NCBI RefSeq assembly: GCF_001194135.2
Contig: NC_069004.1
Coordinates: 30,093,875 to 30,131,529 of the forward strand
Origin: Octopus bimaculoides
Lineage: Eukaryota
Length of the DNA stretch: 37,655 nt
Reading direction: 5' to 3'
Shown: piece after piece, positions 37,314 through 37,655 of the stretch
Layout of the letters: each line of letters opens with the position of its first letter
Position numbering within the stretch: the stretch's first letter is position 1
Notes under the pieces: generated by a model
The model's database searches: none
Told to the model about the DNA's origin: nothing
What the model saw: the letters and a program-made list of their open reading frames with translations, nothing else
Translations under genes and position numbers: made by a program

Positions 37314-37655
37314 ATCTCTCTTTCAATCTATCTCCCTTTAGTTACATATCTTTCTTACTCTCTTCCAGCCTTCCTCTCCCTCTCTCTCTCTCTCTCCTCC
37401 TCCACCTCTCATTCTACTCTCTTAACCCTTGTTCTTCTTCTTCTCCTTTCCAGGATCTCAAATGATCAAGGCCAACAACTCTGGATTACAAAACGGAGGC
37501 AAATCTACCCAATATCAAAATCACCACCAAATTATGCAACTTCTGTTTACCGTGCTATTTATTCTTGGATTAGCATTTCAAAGTTTTGTCGGTAAGTACT
37601 ACTACTACTACTGGTTACAGAGTGGTCAGGGTTTCAAATAACTCCTTCTCCCTAC
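37314..37655 (+). repeat. Right arm of the inverted segmental duplication (runs to the window end)
   Basis: Same alignment; homology is still unbroken at base 37655. Confidence 0.92.
37462..37591 (+). CDS. Signal-peptide exon of a second, inverted paralogue (copy 2); exon 37454-37591, in-frame ATGs at 37462 and 37534
   Basis: Acceptor TTTCCAG|G at 37453/37454 and donor G|GTAAGT at 37591/37592. The 58 coding nt from 37534 are identical to 7826-7883 reverse-complemented. Downstream exons would lie right of the window. Confidence 0.75.

Overview
Eukaryotic, AT-rich genomic DNA from a gapped draft assembly (about ten N-gaps), dense in microsatellites. The SINE, LINE and microsatellite content fits an octopus genome (inference from repeat families I recognise). 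Almost all ORFs in the track are microsatellite or N-run artefacts. The supportable coding content is a spliced EGFR-ligand-like gene on the minus strand. Its signal-peptide exon (7826-7962) joins in phase to an exon at 1610-1826, giving MQLLFTVLFILGLAFQSFV-D-ACSRKSPRP...(S/T stalk)...C-x9-C-x5-C-x12-C-K. This resembles Drosophila Spitz/Keren, including a predicted mature N-terminal Cys; the rest of the gene lies left of the window. A near-identical inverted copy of the signal-peptide exon sits at 37454-37591 (+), so two paralogues point away from each other about 29.5 kb apart. A 1-nt indel puts an upstream ATG in frame in one copy and out of frame in the other. The interval is mostly repeats: three tRNA-derived SINE families, RTE LINE fragments, a tandem pair of R4/Dong-type retrotransposon 3' ends, TTAA-flanked piggyBac-type MITEs, minisatellites and a 40-bp perfect palindrome. 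Repeat boundaries are approximate (read by eye).
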